64,000 bases of DNA from Eledone cirrhosa (GCA_964016885.1 OZ024758.1:29388001-29452000); one strand, 5' to 3'; counted from the first letter of the stretch, positions 39,071 through 53,005 are shown. Numbers and translations: made by a program. The notes: generated by a model from the letters alone, not told the origin.

Positions 39071-39119
<49 letters not shown>

Positions 39120-39305
39120 ATCTGAGTTTTTCGAATATTAACATTCGATTCGTTTGCAGTTATGCAAACAAGCCTCAATTTTATAGCCATGTCAGTAGAA
39201 TGAACCCTTCATTCTTGTTTTGTGTTGGCATGTAAACAGAACTGGAGACACTAATTCTGGGTATCACCCTTCATCAGTACAGCTCACTGTTCACCTGCCA
39301 AACTG

Positions 39306-39345
<40 letters not shown>

Positions 39346-39614
39346 GCAAATGAAATGCAATTACTTATTTGCAATTTCATCAAACAATTTACTAATGTTC
39401 TAATTTTTGAGCAGACATCATTTTCACAATAGGAATAGAAAATGTTTTAGTTGTTTGACATAACCTTTGCTGGGTTTGTAGTTTTTCCTAATGTAGGTTC
39501 GTTTGAAAACCTTCATTTGAGCAAAAGAAAAAAAAAAAAATCTTAATATATTTAGTAAACCAGTTTCTCAAAAGTTCAGTTAATCCAATGTCTAATATTT
39601 AAATTTTTATGTAG

Positions 39615-39653
39615 GATCTTGGAATGACAAGCGAGTACACCAGGAGGCTACGA
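39615..39653 (+). CDS. 39-nt microexon of the RING-H2 gene (DLGMTSEYTRRLR)
   Basis: tttttatgtAG acceptor, CGA|GTGAGT donor, open in phase 0. Confidence 0.6.
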
Positions 39654-40979
39654 GTGAGTAAAATTATTTTAGTTATTCGACATAACTGTTTTATAGTTAG
39701 TTTATCATGACAATGACATTAATACTAAAAACTGGCTTCAGTAAAGTGCGCGCGTGTGTGTGTGTGTGTCCCTATTAGTAAATTGGTTCATGGAATTTCA
39801 GTTATGCGATGTTTTCTTCGTCACCCAGTTATTCCTGGAGGCAGTCCTCAAGTACTCCTTCCAGCTGGTTCCAGCCGATTGAACTGGATGGATCCCCAAG
39901 CAAGACCAACCGCGTTATGCGATGTCAAATACATAATTTATTTTATGTAGAATCAACGACCGCTGGAGAAATCCCTCGGGTTTCTAATTATGAATAGAAT
40001 TGTTTTTGATATTGGATAGGGTTTATAGTTCTTCATTACGAACGTATTAACTTTAAAAGCTGCATTTGGGTGGAGTAAAACTTCTATTTATTCCTGAGAG
40101 TATTGTGGGGGGCAGTCCTCAAACACTCTCTCCAGCGGGTCCTGTCAGAAGCAACCGTCTCCAATTGATCCGGCTGGATCCCTAAGCATGACCAGCTAAG
40201 TTCATGAATGTTATCCAACCATCTTGCTCGGGGTCAACCCCTGGGTCTCCTGCCTGTTGGTTTTGCCTGTAAAATCTGTCCAAATGGTGATAACTCGTTG
40301 TATGCCCCCCCCCCCCCCAAAGAAAGCTCTGAATTTAGTGACCTATGATCACTCTCCAATTGCGACTGTCTATAGAAATGTTATTGTTTAATGGATTTTT
40401 GAAGACTAAAGGGGTGGTTTTAGGGAATTTGACTTTTTCTAGCAAGTTAGGGGATAGTGTTCTCCTAATGTTCATTAAAAGGTTTGCAATAGCAGTGAAA
40501 TCCATAACCGTAAACATTTAATCGGGCCTTTGAGTCTATAGTTTCGAAATATTGAGGTCATAGACAATTTTTTAAATTTATAATTGTTTGTAGTTTTGGC
40601 ACAAGGCCAGCAATTACCTCGGTGCATTACTGGTACTTTATTTTATCGACTCCGTAAGGATGAAAGGCAAAGTTAACCTCGGCGGGATTTGAATTCAGAA
40701 CGTAATATGGTATAAACTGGATGAGATGTAGTGAGCATATCTTTACAGGAGACTCTCCCTTTTCACAAGACCTCCTAGAAACAATAGCATAATCTCCATC
40801 GAATCACGTCCTATTATCTTAATGTATCCTTAAATACATTGTCTGAAAGATAGGACGGTTAAAGTGACCAGTCTTTATAGGTATGTTAGATAAAGCTGAC
40901 CAAGTGCAAAATACCAGACTTTATACAGAGCACATACGTTTTAATATACAGCACGAATGTTATAAATTATTTTCTTCAG

Positions 40980-41327
40980 CGTGAACTGTTTGATGGTCAA
41001 GCGGATCAAGAAAGAATATATCGGATATCGATGAGGCAACCTCGTCGGAGATATTTTATATCTCAACAATCACGTCATACGGAGCAATTGCAACAGGAAA
41101 TTCCATCTAGTTCTCGCCCGTCCAGTTCTCGTTCAACCAGTTCTCACCCATCTCCCACCATAGATATTTCGAACTCCTCCAATGATGTCGTCAGATTTAC
41201 TTACAACGGAAAAGGAGATAATGACTGCTTAATTTGCCGAGACGACTTTAGACTAGAGGAAGATGTTTCAATCCTCTCTGGTTGTTTCCATAGATACCAT
41301 CCTGCCTGCATCGATGAATGGTTAAAA
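40980..41327 (+). CDS. RING-H2 finger protein, main exon (Ser-rich linker + CLIC...CFHRYHPACIDEWLK)
   Basis: ttcttcAG acceptor, AAA|GTAAGT donor, 348 nt. Holds the first six Zn ligands of a C3H2C3 RING and the conserved Trp. Confidence 0.85.
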
Positions 41328-42244
41328 GTAAGTGATTTTCTAGTTTTTTTTTTAATGATATCAGTCATTTTGAATTTATATCTGAACGGAGCACAGCCCC
41401 TCTACGACCGCGCCCTAGGCCCCAATCATTCTCCCCCTCCCCATTCTTCTGTGACACTAGAGTCCTTGCCATTCCCTCCCCTTTCGGTTTTTATCTTTTT
41501 TCTTTATATTTTCCTATTTTCCATTCTATTCTTCTCAATCTAAATTTTCTTTTTTCTTTTTCTATTAAACTATATTTACATGATATATTCCATAAATAAA
41601 ATTAATGGATAGCACACGCTTGAACCTATAACTGTTAGATTGTAGAGCTGTTTTTCACGAGGGTTCTATACTTTAAAGAATAAATTGCGACTGGTCGGGT
41701 TTGGTTTATGAACGTTTTCAACTTCGATAGTAATATACCAAACAACCAAAATATCTTTCAAGAGGAAAATTTGATACCAGGCCGCCATGAAAAGGATAGT
41801 TTTTATTTTATTATAATCCTTCTCGGTGGCCTCACGAGCTGGGTTAGTGCATTCTCAATAATGAACCACTTCATTCCATTGCTAAGAACTTTTTATTCTC
41901 TTTTTTTGTAAATATCATACTGAAAAACACTTTGTTTTCGCTCTTAACATGGTGGACACCTAAATGTATTCAGACATACTTTGCAACATAGTTACGTCCC
42001 TTTACATTCTGAGTTCAAATCCCGCTGAGGTTAGCTTTGCCTTTCATTCTTGTGGGTCGATAAAATAAAGTACCAGTAACGTACTGGGGTCGATTTAATC
42101 GACTTGCCCCGCCAAAAATTGTTTGCCATATATCTAAATCAGAAACCTTTATTCTGATTGCCGTTAAACAACGAAATTATGTCACCCTGTATATGGTATG
42201 TATGGGTCATAGAATAAATGAATGTAATTTAACATTTTCTTCAG

Positions 42245-42286
42245 CAAAGACGGAGCTGCCCAGTTTGTCGTTGTGAGGTGGGATAA
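42245..42286 (+). CDS. RING-H2 finger protein, last exon (QRRSCPVCRCEVG*)
   Basis: ttttcttcAG acceptor; supplies the CPVCR that completes the RING; TAA stop. Confidence 0.85.
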   Translation, partial: QRRSCPVCRCEVG

Positions 42287-42409
42287 ACAATTGTCCGAAT
42301 ACCAGTGAAAATGTTTTACCAGTTTTAACTCCCACGAACTATTAATGATTTTGTTTTCGATGCATTTTTGTAAATAGAAACATTTTATGTTATTTTATAT
42401 TTCCCTGTA

Positions 42410-42415
42410 AATAAA
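42410..42415 (+). terminator. Candidate polyadenylation signal (AATAAA) of the RING-H2 gene
   Basis: AATAAA about 125 nt after the stop codon, followed by T/GT-rich sequence. Confidence 0.45.
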
Positions 42416-42612
42416 TATTTTATATCTTTGGTACGTTTTATTAATTTTGTAGTCGACAATGGATTGCAATTTTATAGTTTGAACATAACTAACTCTCCAA
42501 GGTTGATTTGGTTTAATAAATCGATAGGTCATTGAGAGCAACCGATAGAAGTGTCCAGACAAACTCAGTGATAGGAAAAATATTTTTATTTTATTTTTTT
42601 TTCAATAAATAA

Positions 42613-42688
<76 letters not shown>

Positions 42689-43007
42689 TTTTTTTTTTTT
42701 TTTTTTAAATTTCCGTCAGAAATATTTCAATAATGAAAACTTTAGTTTAGTAATCTATTTTTATAATGAAAATGTGATTAGTGAACATTTCAGTATTGTG
42801 CTCTGTATTTTCACTAAATTTATTTTTATTTATTTTATTTTTTTCAAAAATGTTTTAATTACGTATTTTGTCTTTTAGTCTGAACTCCGCCACACGGGGT
42901 CGTTGTCCTAACACGCATGTACTATGTAGCACGTCCCTGATCAGTGAATATTAAGTGTACATTTTTCTATTATCTTATAAAATCGACTACGTTCTTTTTA
43001 ATATATA

Positions 43008-43061
<54 letters not shown>

Positions 43062-44000
43062 GTGTCAGTTTTGGCAGCTCATTTCGAATTGGTCTTGTTA
43101 CATTGATAGTTAACTATCCTAAGAAACTATCAATGTAGATAGTTAACCATCTATGATAGTTTATTTGGATATTCAACTATCCAACAAATTCGTTAGTCGC
43201 CATCTAATTTTAACTGGTAGTTTTTCTATCGCCCTCAAAAGAATGTAAAGCAAAGTTGACCTCGGTAGGATTCGAACTCAGTGCAGAGACCACTAAAACA
43301 CTCTACCTGCGATGAAGTCTAATTATATTTGAAGTAGAGTCGCTACAAATAGCAGTGATACGAAGAAATGGGATGCAAAAAGGGCCGAAACACTCGCTTG
43401 AGGTGGGTTTCTTCTCTGAAGACCTGCTGTCCAGCTCTCCTGAGAGTTTCTTTTCTGAAGACCTTCTGCTGTCCAGCTCTCCCGAGAGTTTCATACCACC
43501 GATGTCATATCTATACTTTTAAATGGATGGTTCTAAAAATTTAAGAGCATTACATCTTGAAATTCTTAGTGTTCGTTGAAGATAAATCTAGGATGTGGGT
43601 GTCTAACTCTAGGTAAGCCCCAGGGATAAGACAATTCTGCAAAGTAGAATCGGCCTGCTTTCGGACCCCATGGGTGAGTGGAGGAAAAATGGCTCCTCGT
43701 AAAATATTTCCAATATAGATAATGGTATATGAAATTTTGAAGTTGTAGTTTTTCGTTTGTTCATGTTTTATCATAAATATATTTTTCTATGAAGCTGTTG
43801 TATTATGAAAGGTTACTGAACATAGTTGCTAATATCTGACTGTATTAATATCTCCATTGTTAAAATATTTTCTCTGCACCCGAATGACAAGATTACAATA
43901 TACTTTATACAAAACAATAAACGTAATCGTCTTATTAAATCGTTTTTTTTTTTTTTTTAATCAACAATGCCTAATTAGAGGTTTGACAAAATGCTTAGTC

Positions 44001-44214
44001 TTAACCCTTTAGCATTTAAACCGGCCATGTCCGGCCAGAACCCCTCCCCCACCTCTATCAACTGTTCAAACTGGCCATAACTGGCCACTCGTACCGACGT
44101 TAAGGTATTGTTCGTAAAATAAATATCAAAATCGCATAGATTGGATATTATGCGAGGTAAAACCTTTACCGTGAAAATACAATAGTAAATATAATGTAAA
44201 TGCTAAAGGGTTAA
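44001..44214. mobile_element. piggyBac-like MITE, intact ends with TTAA TSD
   Basis: TTAA|CCCTTTAGCATTTA ... TAAATGCTAAAGGG|TTAA. Confidence 0.88.
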
Positions 44215-47200
44215 GTCAAGATGCTACCATATCTCAAACACGACTTAAGCCTTTAGAAGTTTGAGTTTTCTAAACGTTCTGCTGATGCTACTGCAGTCAA
44301 AATTGTCAACAATACTCTGGAAACACATATTTGGAGATATCTCTGTCTGAAGTCAATACATTTAGTAATTTTAAAAGTATCAGTTCTGAATTACAGATGC
44401 AATCCATCTGATAGTCTTTCAAATAGTTTCCAGTTAACCAATTTCACTCACAAGGTATGGGTAGATCCAAGGCGAGGGTAAATGATGCCCAAGATGTCAG
44501 CCAGTGAGATCAAACCTGGGGTTTAATTATTGTGAAGGAAATCTTTTAACCACTCGGCCCCCTAACCACTCGACTGTCCACTACAAGTAGCTGTTCGGAA
44601 AGATTCTTCAAAATGGCGTCAGTACAGTAAACAGTTCTCCATCAGAGCTTCCGATACAGTAATATCAGACACCATGCTTTGAGGCATGAAGTTGCGGCGC
44701 TTTACGTTCTGAGTTTAAATCCCGCCGAGGTTAGCTTTGTCATTCATTCTTACGCGATTGATAAAATAAAGTACCAGTAATGCACCGAGGTCGATTACCC
44801 CCCCCCACCCCCCCCGGAAAAAAAATTGCTGGCCTTGTGCCAATGGTAGAAGCAATTATTGGCTCACGCTTTTTTTTATCACTAAGAAAGAAATCAAACA
44901 TTATACTATGCGGTGCTCCAGCTTGCCTCAGCCGGATGGCTGAAACAGGTAAAAGAGTAACATATTTAGAGTCAATAGAAAACCAGTGTAGTAAAAAAAC
45001 CAAAGCACAAAATTAGTGGAGGGACTTAAGCTCCTTAGCACCGGAAGGCTTGTTGTCCACGACAATGATATAGCTTCATTCTTTGTTCTGACTTATGAGC
45101 ACCCAATATCAACAGCACCAAGCATACAACTATTTGTTTTCTGGAGCAGAATTTTTAATGTTTGGCAATTTTAAAAACAACTCAAAACTGGCCTCTGTTT
45201 TACAAAAACAGTTTATTTTAAACTTTTTAACATATCATTGGATTTTCGCTGTGGTTAACTTTCTGACAAATAACTCTCAAAATTATTGTTCTTTGCCTGA
45301 AAATGTCACTTCAAATTATATTCCGTTATTTTTTTTCTTTCGTAGTTTTTGTAGCGCTCATTGTTAGGATAACAACATTTGGAATAAAAGGTGAAATATA
45401 TCAAGACTTTAAAATATAACTTGGTCATTCGTAACTTTGTTTTTGTTTACAGCGTGGCTGCGAAATCTCATTTTAGTTTCGTTAGGAACGTTATTCTATG
45501 CTAGAATGTCTGGAATTGCAAAAATTGAGATAATTGGGGGTGTGTGTGTGTGTCCCCCCCCTCTAATGAAACACCAACTAGTGTCTGGGTCAACGTGGTC
45601 GTTCGACTTACTAGAAATAGTTGCAAATCTCCCTCAAAACATACCCGGTCGCCTTAAAAGGATTAGAAAATCTAGGTCAAAATAGTACGTCAGAAAAAGA
45701 CGAGTTGCTTACGACTGTATCTTCTTTGATCAAGTGGCAATGGTCTTATGTAGCAACATTATCTCTACCTTTGACAGTCCTTAATATTTGCATCTACGTA
45801 CTATGGGACGTTAGGTCAGGTAGAAGGCTTTGCGGAATTAGTTTCGGTTCTCTGCGCTCTGAGTTCGAATCTCACCGTTCATCCTTTCGGGGTCGATAGA
45901 AAAACTACCATTCAATACTGGGGTTAATTCTTTCTCTATATCTCTTATTTCCTCTTACTCTCGCCTTCTCTTGGAGATGAAATGGGCTTTGCCATGTTTA
46001 AAGCGCCCAAGACGCGTCATTCCGGTACCCCTACTACTCCATCAAGATTTAAGGGTAAGATTTGTACCTCCAAGGCACAAGTCCGGGCAAGGCTGGTTGT
46101 GGAAGACCAGCAGTCACCCATGCATGTCTCCCCAACTCTCCGCCATGCCACCGATGTTGTCCAAGAGAAAGGCAAAAGCCAATACACCTTGACACGTGAC
46201 GTCGCAACTCATTTCTACAGCTGAAGGAACTGGAGCAACACGAAATAAAGCGTCTTGGTCGAAGACACAACGCATCACCCGATCCGAGACTCGAACTCGC
46301 AACCTTCCAATTGCAAGCCCAACTCTCAAACTACGGTACTAATGATTTCTACTATTGGCACAAGACCAGCAATTTGGCGGGAGGAGAAAGTCGATAGATC
46401 GATCACATTGCATTACTACTGCTTTATTTTATCGACCCCGTAAGGATGAAAGGTAAAGTTAACCTCGGCGGAATTTGAACTCAGAATGTAAAGAGCCATA
46501 ACTCTATGCCGCAAAGCATAGTGCCAGACGCTCTACCAATGCTGCCAACTAATGAGTCGCTAGAAATGGTTGTCTATTGGTCAACAACGATATCAGTCGA
46601 ACTGGAAATATAACTGCTGTACCACGTGATAAAGTAGACTAATATGTCGCCTAAGCAATTTTATCGATGATACCATACACAGTTGTTCGGCTTTAAGATT
46701 AATGTTCTCACTGGAAGGGGAAGAATGGATTTAAAGTTAGAATACAGAGGTATAGTTACCATATATATTGGAATATAAGCCGAAGAATATGTGATCAAAA
46801 ATCGATGGAAAACTGGGGAGAGGGGTTGGTTTATATACGCCATCTAAACGTTATGGTTTTAAATTTTTGCTCATTTCTCAAACATAAAATAGGACAATAG
46901 ACTTATATTCGAGTCTATACGGTATGTAACAAATAACATCTCAAACCATAGATGAAAATACAACAAAACTATCAGAAAAATACTCAATCATCGTTACCCC
47001 AATAATACGAGCTCGGACAGAGTGGGAGAATGTTCTCTGGTGTGCAGAACTCCAGGTGCAAGTCACTTCGTCGTGCTAGCTGACAAAATAGAGAAAGCGT
47101 TGCTCCGGAGGATAGCGAGGGGGAAGTGCATTAAAATGGTCATTCCAATTCGTGGGACTCATTTACATGGGTTACCAACTGCGACTGGATAGCGGTGAGT

Positions 47201-49919
47201 AAGGAAGGGGTACGAGGACCAAAGGACGCTGGAAATCTCCACCGCTACAGGTTCAAAGATTTAACGACAAACCTATTTGAGAGCAGCCGATACTTTATCA
47301 GGTTTACGACAACTGTCTTTGTGTAGACGTAATCTCTGGCTGTTGAAAATTGGTAACTACAATAGTTATAACCTTTACTAGAGACACTTCCCAGTAAATC
47401 ACAGCTACAGTTTTATATTTTATATTTTAATTTCCATTATTTTTCTTGTTAAATAAAATGTCACCACATAACCTTTTCTTTCTTTTTTTTTTTTTTTTTT
47501 TTTTTTACCCCTCAAAAAAACAAACAATCAATAGTACTGTGTGAAATAGTAAAAATCAAGTAATTGTTTTTCTCATTTGTTTTTCTACTCTTCTGTATGT
47601 TTTCCTAACAATATAATCCAAATATTAGCTACGTATTTCAGGAAGTGGTACAAATGTACAAAATTAAGTTGATTTCTCTGAGAAGAAAAGAAAACAACCC
47701 TAATAGCGACATCAACTATTTGTGTCGTTTGGCAGTGAGCCGATATAGTGTCAAATTATTACCTTTCACTTCACATCCGATATAGTAGAAGGGAACAATA
47801 ATTGCAGCGATGAAACGACCTCTAGATTACACATTTACAAAGGTCAGAAGTGGGGAATTATTGAAAAACACACGAATTTATGGCAAATCAAGCTCTGAGC
47901 GAATCGAGATTGAGATGTTTGGGGCTTATTAAAGTGGGGAAAAACAAACAAACAAAAAACCTCTAGAATTTTCTAACGACGGAAATAGAAAGAATAAAGA
48001 CACAAAAGAACCCCTTTTATATAATTACTATTACATAACTTTAGGGGATCGGAATTAGAGTTGACGTTAATGCTTAAACCTTTGTATACATATGCATGTA
48101 TGTATATATGTATGCATAGTGTGTGTGTATGCATGCATGTGTGTGTATTGTGTGTGTGTGTGTGTACACACACAAGTAAACAAGTAAGCGTACTAGGATA
48201 ATTCTAGATGTAAATAAATGTATATGAGTAGGTTTATTATATATCAATGTATGTATACATGTGTATACGACAATGGTTGCATGTGTCTTTATAATAAAAC
48301 ATGGCAACCATTTTGTGTTAGATTTATTTGGGAAACCAACGATTTTATTTGGCGGTTTATTTAATAAAACTACGTTTATAGTCTACAAAATGGTGTCCCT
48401 GACGTATTTAATCAGAGGCAAGATACGAATAAGTTTCCTAAGTGATGTTCGACGTGATAAACTACATGATTACAAACCTGCCAACCTCTAAAAGCCCAAA
48501 CGGGAAGGACCATGAAAAAAAAGTGCCCCAAAACGGGGAGAAATGAGGTAAAATGGGGAGGTTTTACATAATAAAAGCTATACCAATTTTCACAAAGTGG
48601 GTGGGAGATCTCTCTGTCCGACGGGGAGAGTTGACAGGTCTGTGATTAAAACAGCTCAGCACAATAACCTCCGATGTGATTTGAATCGACACCAATTTAC
48701 TTTCGAATTTAAACAACTTTTTCGTTCTTTTTTAACGACTTTTAGTTGAGAGGGTAAAAAAAAAAAGAGAACGCTGAGTTACAGGACTTAAACTCAGACA
48801 TACACACAGATACGACGAGACTGTGTAGTTTCCATCTACCAAATTCCACTCAAAACGTAATGGGATTGAACCCTGAACCAACTGGTTGCGAAGAGACATA
48901 CTTAGCCACTAATAAAATAAATAAATCGCTAAATTGAATAAAGCAATGAGTGGTAATGATAGGGAGAGGTTGTTTTTGTTGTTTAGTCACAAGTCTCCCT
49001 GGCGGGGAAGAACTGTGGTCAAAGGCATTCAAACCCTGTCCATACCACTGTCTTATTTTAAAGAACATAGCTATTTTAAGACAATAGACTTAGAGATTTG
49101 GCTTCTGTTGTTGTTTAGCCTAAGACTAACCCCACATGAGCAGACCTATAATCATATGCATTCCATCCATGACCATACCGCCTTTTAAAGAGATTCTAGA
49201 ATTACATTTCCTAATGCAGTGGATGGAGCCTTGGTTCAAGAAATTAATTCGTTCCTAAAGTCCATTCGTCATCCGAAATGTTCGTGAACCGAAACCATTT
49301 TAAAATAGGAAATGTTGAAATACAGTGAGAGAGAGAGAGATCGTGTGAAAGACGGATAAATATCACCACAGTAACTAACTACACAGCAAGTGACGCTTTC
49401 CGGCCGATACTCCCAACTTGTCGCCAGTTGTTGTTGCCGGCTTGGCTGTTCGATACTCGAAACACCGTTCGTTAACGGAGACGTTTTATGTTTGGAAACA
49501 TTCTTTGCAAACCAATTTGTTCGTGATGCGAGGCATTCGTGAACCGAGGTTCCACCGTATCACCATTCTTTACTTAAGACTGGTACAGTGAGATTTGAGG
49601 AAAATTCAGTTGCTATTTCTGATAGGTGCCGTGACCACGTAGATGCCTCCCTACGTTTCTTTGCCCAAGGTATGGGTGCCATCTAAGTTCTACTGCTCAA
49701 AACTGACACGTTAATGGTTATTTTGACATGAAAATCTGTTACATTTTCGCCTCAACTCCAACCCTGAATGTAAATAATCGGTACATTTAACATTTTTTTA
49801 CAGCCATCATAAAACTTTACTGTTTAATGTCCTTTCAAATTATACTAAATTTATTTTTAAAATAACGCGATCTAAAGGTCAATAGAACCTTTCTACATAT
49901 ATATACACACACATGCATG

Positions 49920-49965
<46 letters not shown>

Positions 49966-49966
<1 letters not shown>

Positions 49967-50802
49967 TAGCAAATGACCCCCGTCCATTGGACGGTGTCAG
50001 TTCTTGGTAGGGCTACAATGTTAATGGTCAATTTCCGTGTTGTATGTTTAACTTGGAGGATAATTTTACCTGATCAACTCTTTCAATAAAAAAAAATGAC
50101 ACGGTATTCAAAAAGAGCAAGTTTTATTTACAGATATCGTTAGCCGTGTCGGTTGAACAATGTGTATTTTAAAACATCCATCATGTACACACACACACAA
50201 ACACACACACACACACAAATATACACACAAACACACACACATACACACACACACATACGCACATAATCCCAAGACGTGACGTTTTGGAAGGGGGAGAGTT
50301 AAGAAGTGTAATAAATAAGTTAAAATTATAAACACTGTATTTATCATATTCGCGTCACACACACTCCTCTCTTTCTTTATTTTACTCTCTCTCTCTATCA
50401 CTCCTCTCTTTCTATCTCCCTCTCACACATCCTTCTCTCTCTGGCCGTTATGGAAATTACACACACACACACATGCACGCACACATACACACACAAACAC
50501 ATACACACACATATACACACGCACATACACATACAATCCCATAACGTCGTGTTGTGGAAGGGGGACAGTTAAGAAGTGTGTAAAAGGAACGCTCTCTCTC
50601 TTTAATGGCCGTCATGGAATTTGTTAGTGCAAAAGTCTATAAGATTATAAAATCGAAGTTTGTGACTTCGAAATTAATCATTATGAAATAATTTTTTCTT
50701 GATGTTACAAACGGTAGCCTATTTTGGCTATGTGTTTAATTTGACAGAGATCGATGGAATATTTTCCAAGTGAAACTCTTTTACACACACACACAGAACG
50801 GG

Positions 50803-50810
<8 letters not shown>
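49966..50810 (-). mobile_element. Non-autonomous Helitron-like element inserted in (TA)n
   Basis: The minus-strand 3' end has the hairpin CCGTCCAATGGACGG then CTAG|T; internal duplicated block and (CA)n. Confidence 0.65.
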
Positions 50811-50851
<41 letters not shown>

Positions 50852-51213
50852 GACTATATATATATATATATAAGCAAAGAGTTATTTAATTTCTTGGTTA
50901 TTCAAGAAATTTAATTATAACAGATTCGAAGCACTCTACAGCTTTCTTCTGGAGTATAATATCAATGGTATTAATAAATGGAAACTATACTTTATAAAAC
51001 CATATTTATTTTATTATATAATTTTCTGCTTTTGGTAGAAGGCCAGCAATTATCTCAGTGCATTACTGGTACGTTATTTTTACCCTATAAGGATGAAAGG
51101 CAAAGTTAAATATGGTTTTATAAAGTATAGTTTCCATTTATTAATATCATTAATATATATATATATATATATATATATACGATATTAAATAAATGGAAAC
51201 TATATTTATAAAA

Positions 51214-51294
51214 CCATATTTATTTCATTATATATATTTCAGGGATATCATATTAACAATATGTTATGCCTTCCTCAGACAAAATACAATATAG
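51214..51294 (-). ncRNA. Minimal type-I hammerhead ribozyme (inverted copy of 51436-51516)
   Basis: Reverse complement of the plus-strand copy, within the 185-bp palindrome arm. Confidence 0.85.
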
Positions 51295-51435
51295 ACAGTT
51301 TTATAGATAAATAGATTTGACATACCGTTCAACATCGACTTGTATTTGAAAAAGTTGATTTGACTGCCAAATCAACTTTTTCAAATACAAGTCGATGTTG
51401 AACGGTATGTCAAATCTATTTATCTATAAAACTGT

Positions 51436-51516
51436 CTATATTGTATTTTGTCTGAGGAAGGCATAACATATTGTTAATATGATATCCCTGAAATATATAT
51501 AATGAAATAAATATGG
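51436..51516 (+). ncRNA. Minimal type-I hammerhead ribozyme
   Basis: ctatattgtattttgt-CTGAGGA(51452-58)-aggcataacatattgttaatatgatatccct-GAAA(51490-93)-tatata-TA-atgaaataaatatgg. Predicted cleavage after 51501. Confidence 0.87.
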
Positions 51517-52091
51517 TTTTATAAATATAGTTTCCATTTATTTAATATCGTAAATATACTCCAAATACTTGTTGAGTGCTTTTATATCAGTTATAAATAT
51601 TTACTAGTTGTAACCCAACAATTTAAATATAACTTTCCATATATATATATATATATATATATATGCGTGTGTATATGTGTATGTACATACGTGTGTGTCT
51701 GTAGATATATGTGTATGATATGTATATATGTGTATGTATATATATATATATACATATGTGTGTGTATGTAGATATGTATATGTGTATATGTGTGTATATA
51801 TGTGTATGTATATATATATATGTATGTGTATATATGTAATGTGCGTATATATATGAGTGTGAAAGTGCATGTATATGTTTATGTATGTGTATGTATATAT
51901 ATATATATATGAGTGTATATATGTATGTATATGCGTGTGTATATATATGTGTATGTATATATATATATATGTGTGTATATATATGTGTATGTATATGTAT
52001 ATATATGTGTATGTATATGTATATATATATATATGTGTGTATATGTGTGTGTATATGTATATATGTGTATATATATATATATGTATATGTG

Positions 52092-52122
<31 letters not shown>

Positions 52123-52356
52123 GTATATATATGTATATATGTATATGTATATATATATATCTATGACTATATGTATATATATGTATATGTGTATATATGT
52201 ATATGTATGTATATATGTATATGTATATGTGTATATATATGTATATATATGTGTATATATATGTATATATATGTGTATATATATGTATATATATGTATAT
52301 ATATATGTATATATATGTATATATATATATATGTATATATATATACATATATAAAC

Positions 52357-52389
<33 letters not shown>

Positions 52390-52398
52390 CATATAAAC

Positions 52399-52435
<37 letters not shown>

Positions 52436-52441
52436 CATATG

Positions 52442-52512
<71 letters not shown>

Positions 52513-52544
52513 GTATATATATATACATATGTATATATATATAC

Positions 52545-52602
<58 letters not shown>

Positions 52603-52631
52603 GTATATATATATACATATGTATATATATA

Positions 52632-52673
<42 letters not shown>

Positions 52674-53005
52674 CTTTAACTTTGAATAACTTTGAAATGT
52701 TTTGGCCAGTATTGGCCCAGGCCATGTCTAACTTAATAGCACCACCTGGCGAAGTCTTTCAATTCAGGATTTGGGCACCATGGCCCATTCGAGAAGAGAA
52801 TTACTGTTTGCGGAGACATATCCGGGTGTGGGTGGTTTGTCCGGGATTACTTGGAGGAATTTGTCCAAAGACTTCTTGAATTTTGTGTGGTCAGTTTCTG
52901 TTTTGACGTGTCCTGGTGTGATGTTGAAGAGAGCAGGGCCGATTGAGGTGAAATAATTGTGCCGTATTGTTGTTATGAGTTGCGATTTAGATTTTTGAAT
53001 GGGAC

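Larger units (their letters stand above)
51178..51552. repeat. Apparently perfect palindrome: 185-bp arms (51178-51362 / 51368-51552) with a 5-nt spacer ACTGC
   Basis: Arms compared by eye; each carries one hammerhead. Confidence 0.93.

Noticed and set aside
43303-43774. Minus-strand ORFs, including a duplicated KLSGELDSRRSSEK unit and a possible AG|GTAGAG donor
   Set aside because: I could not link them to other exons or recognise a domain. A short ~45-bp tandem duplication explains the repeat. A gene cannot be excluded without RNA data.
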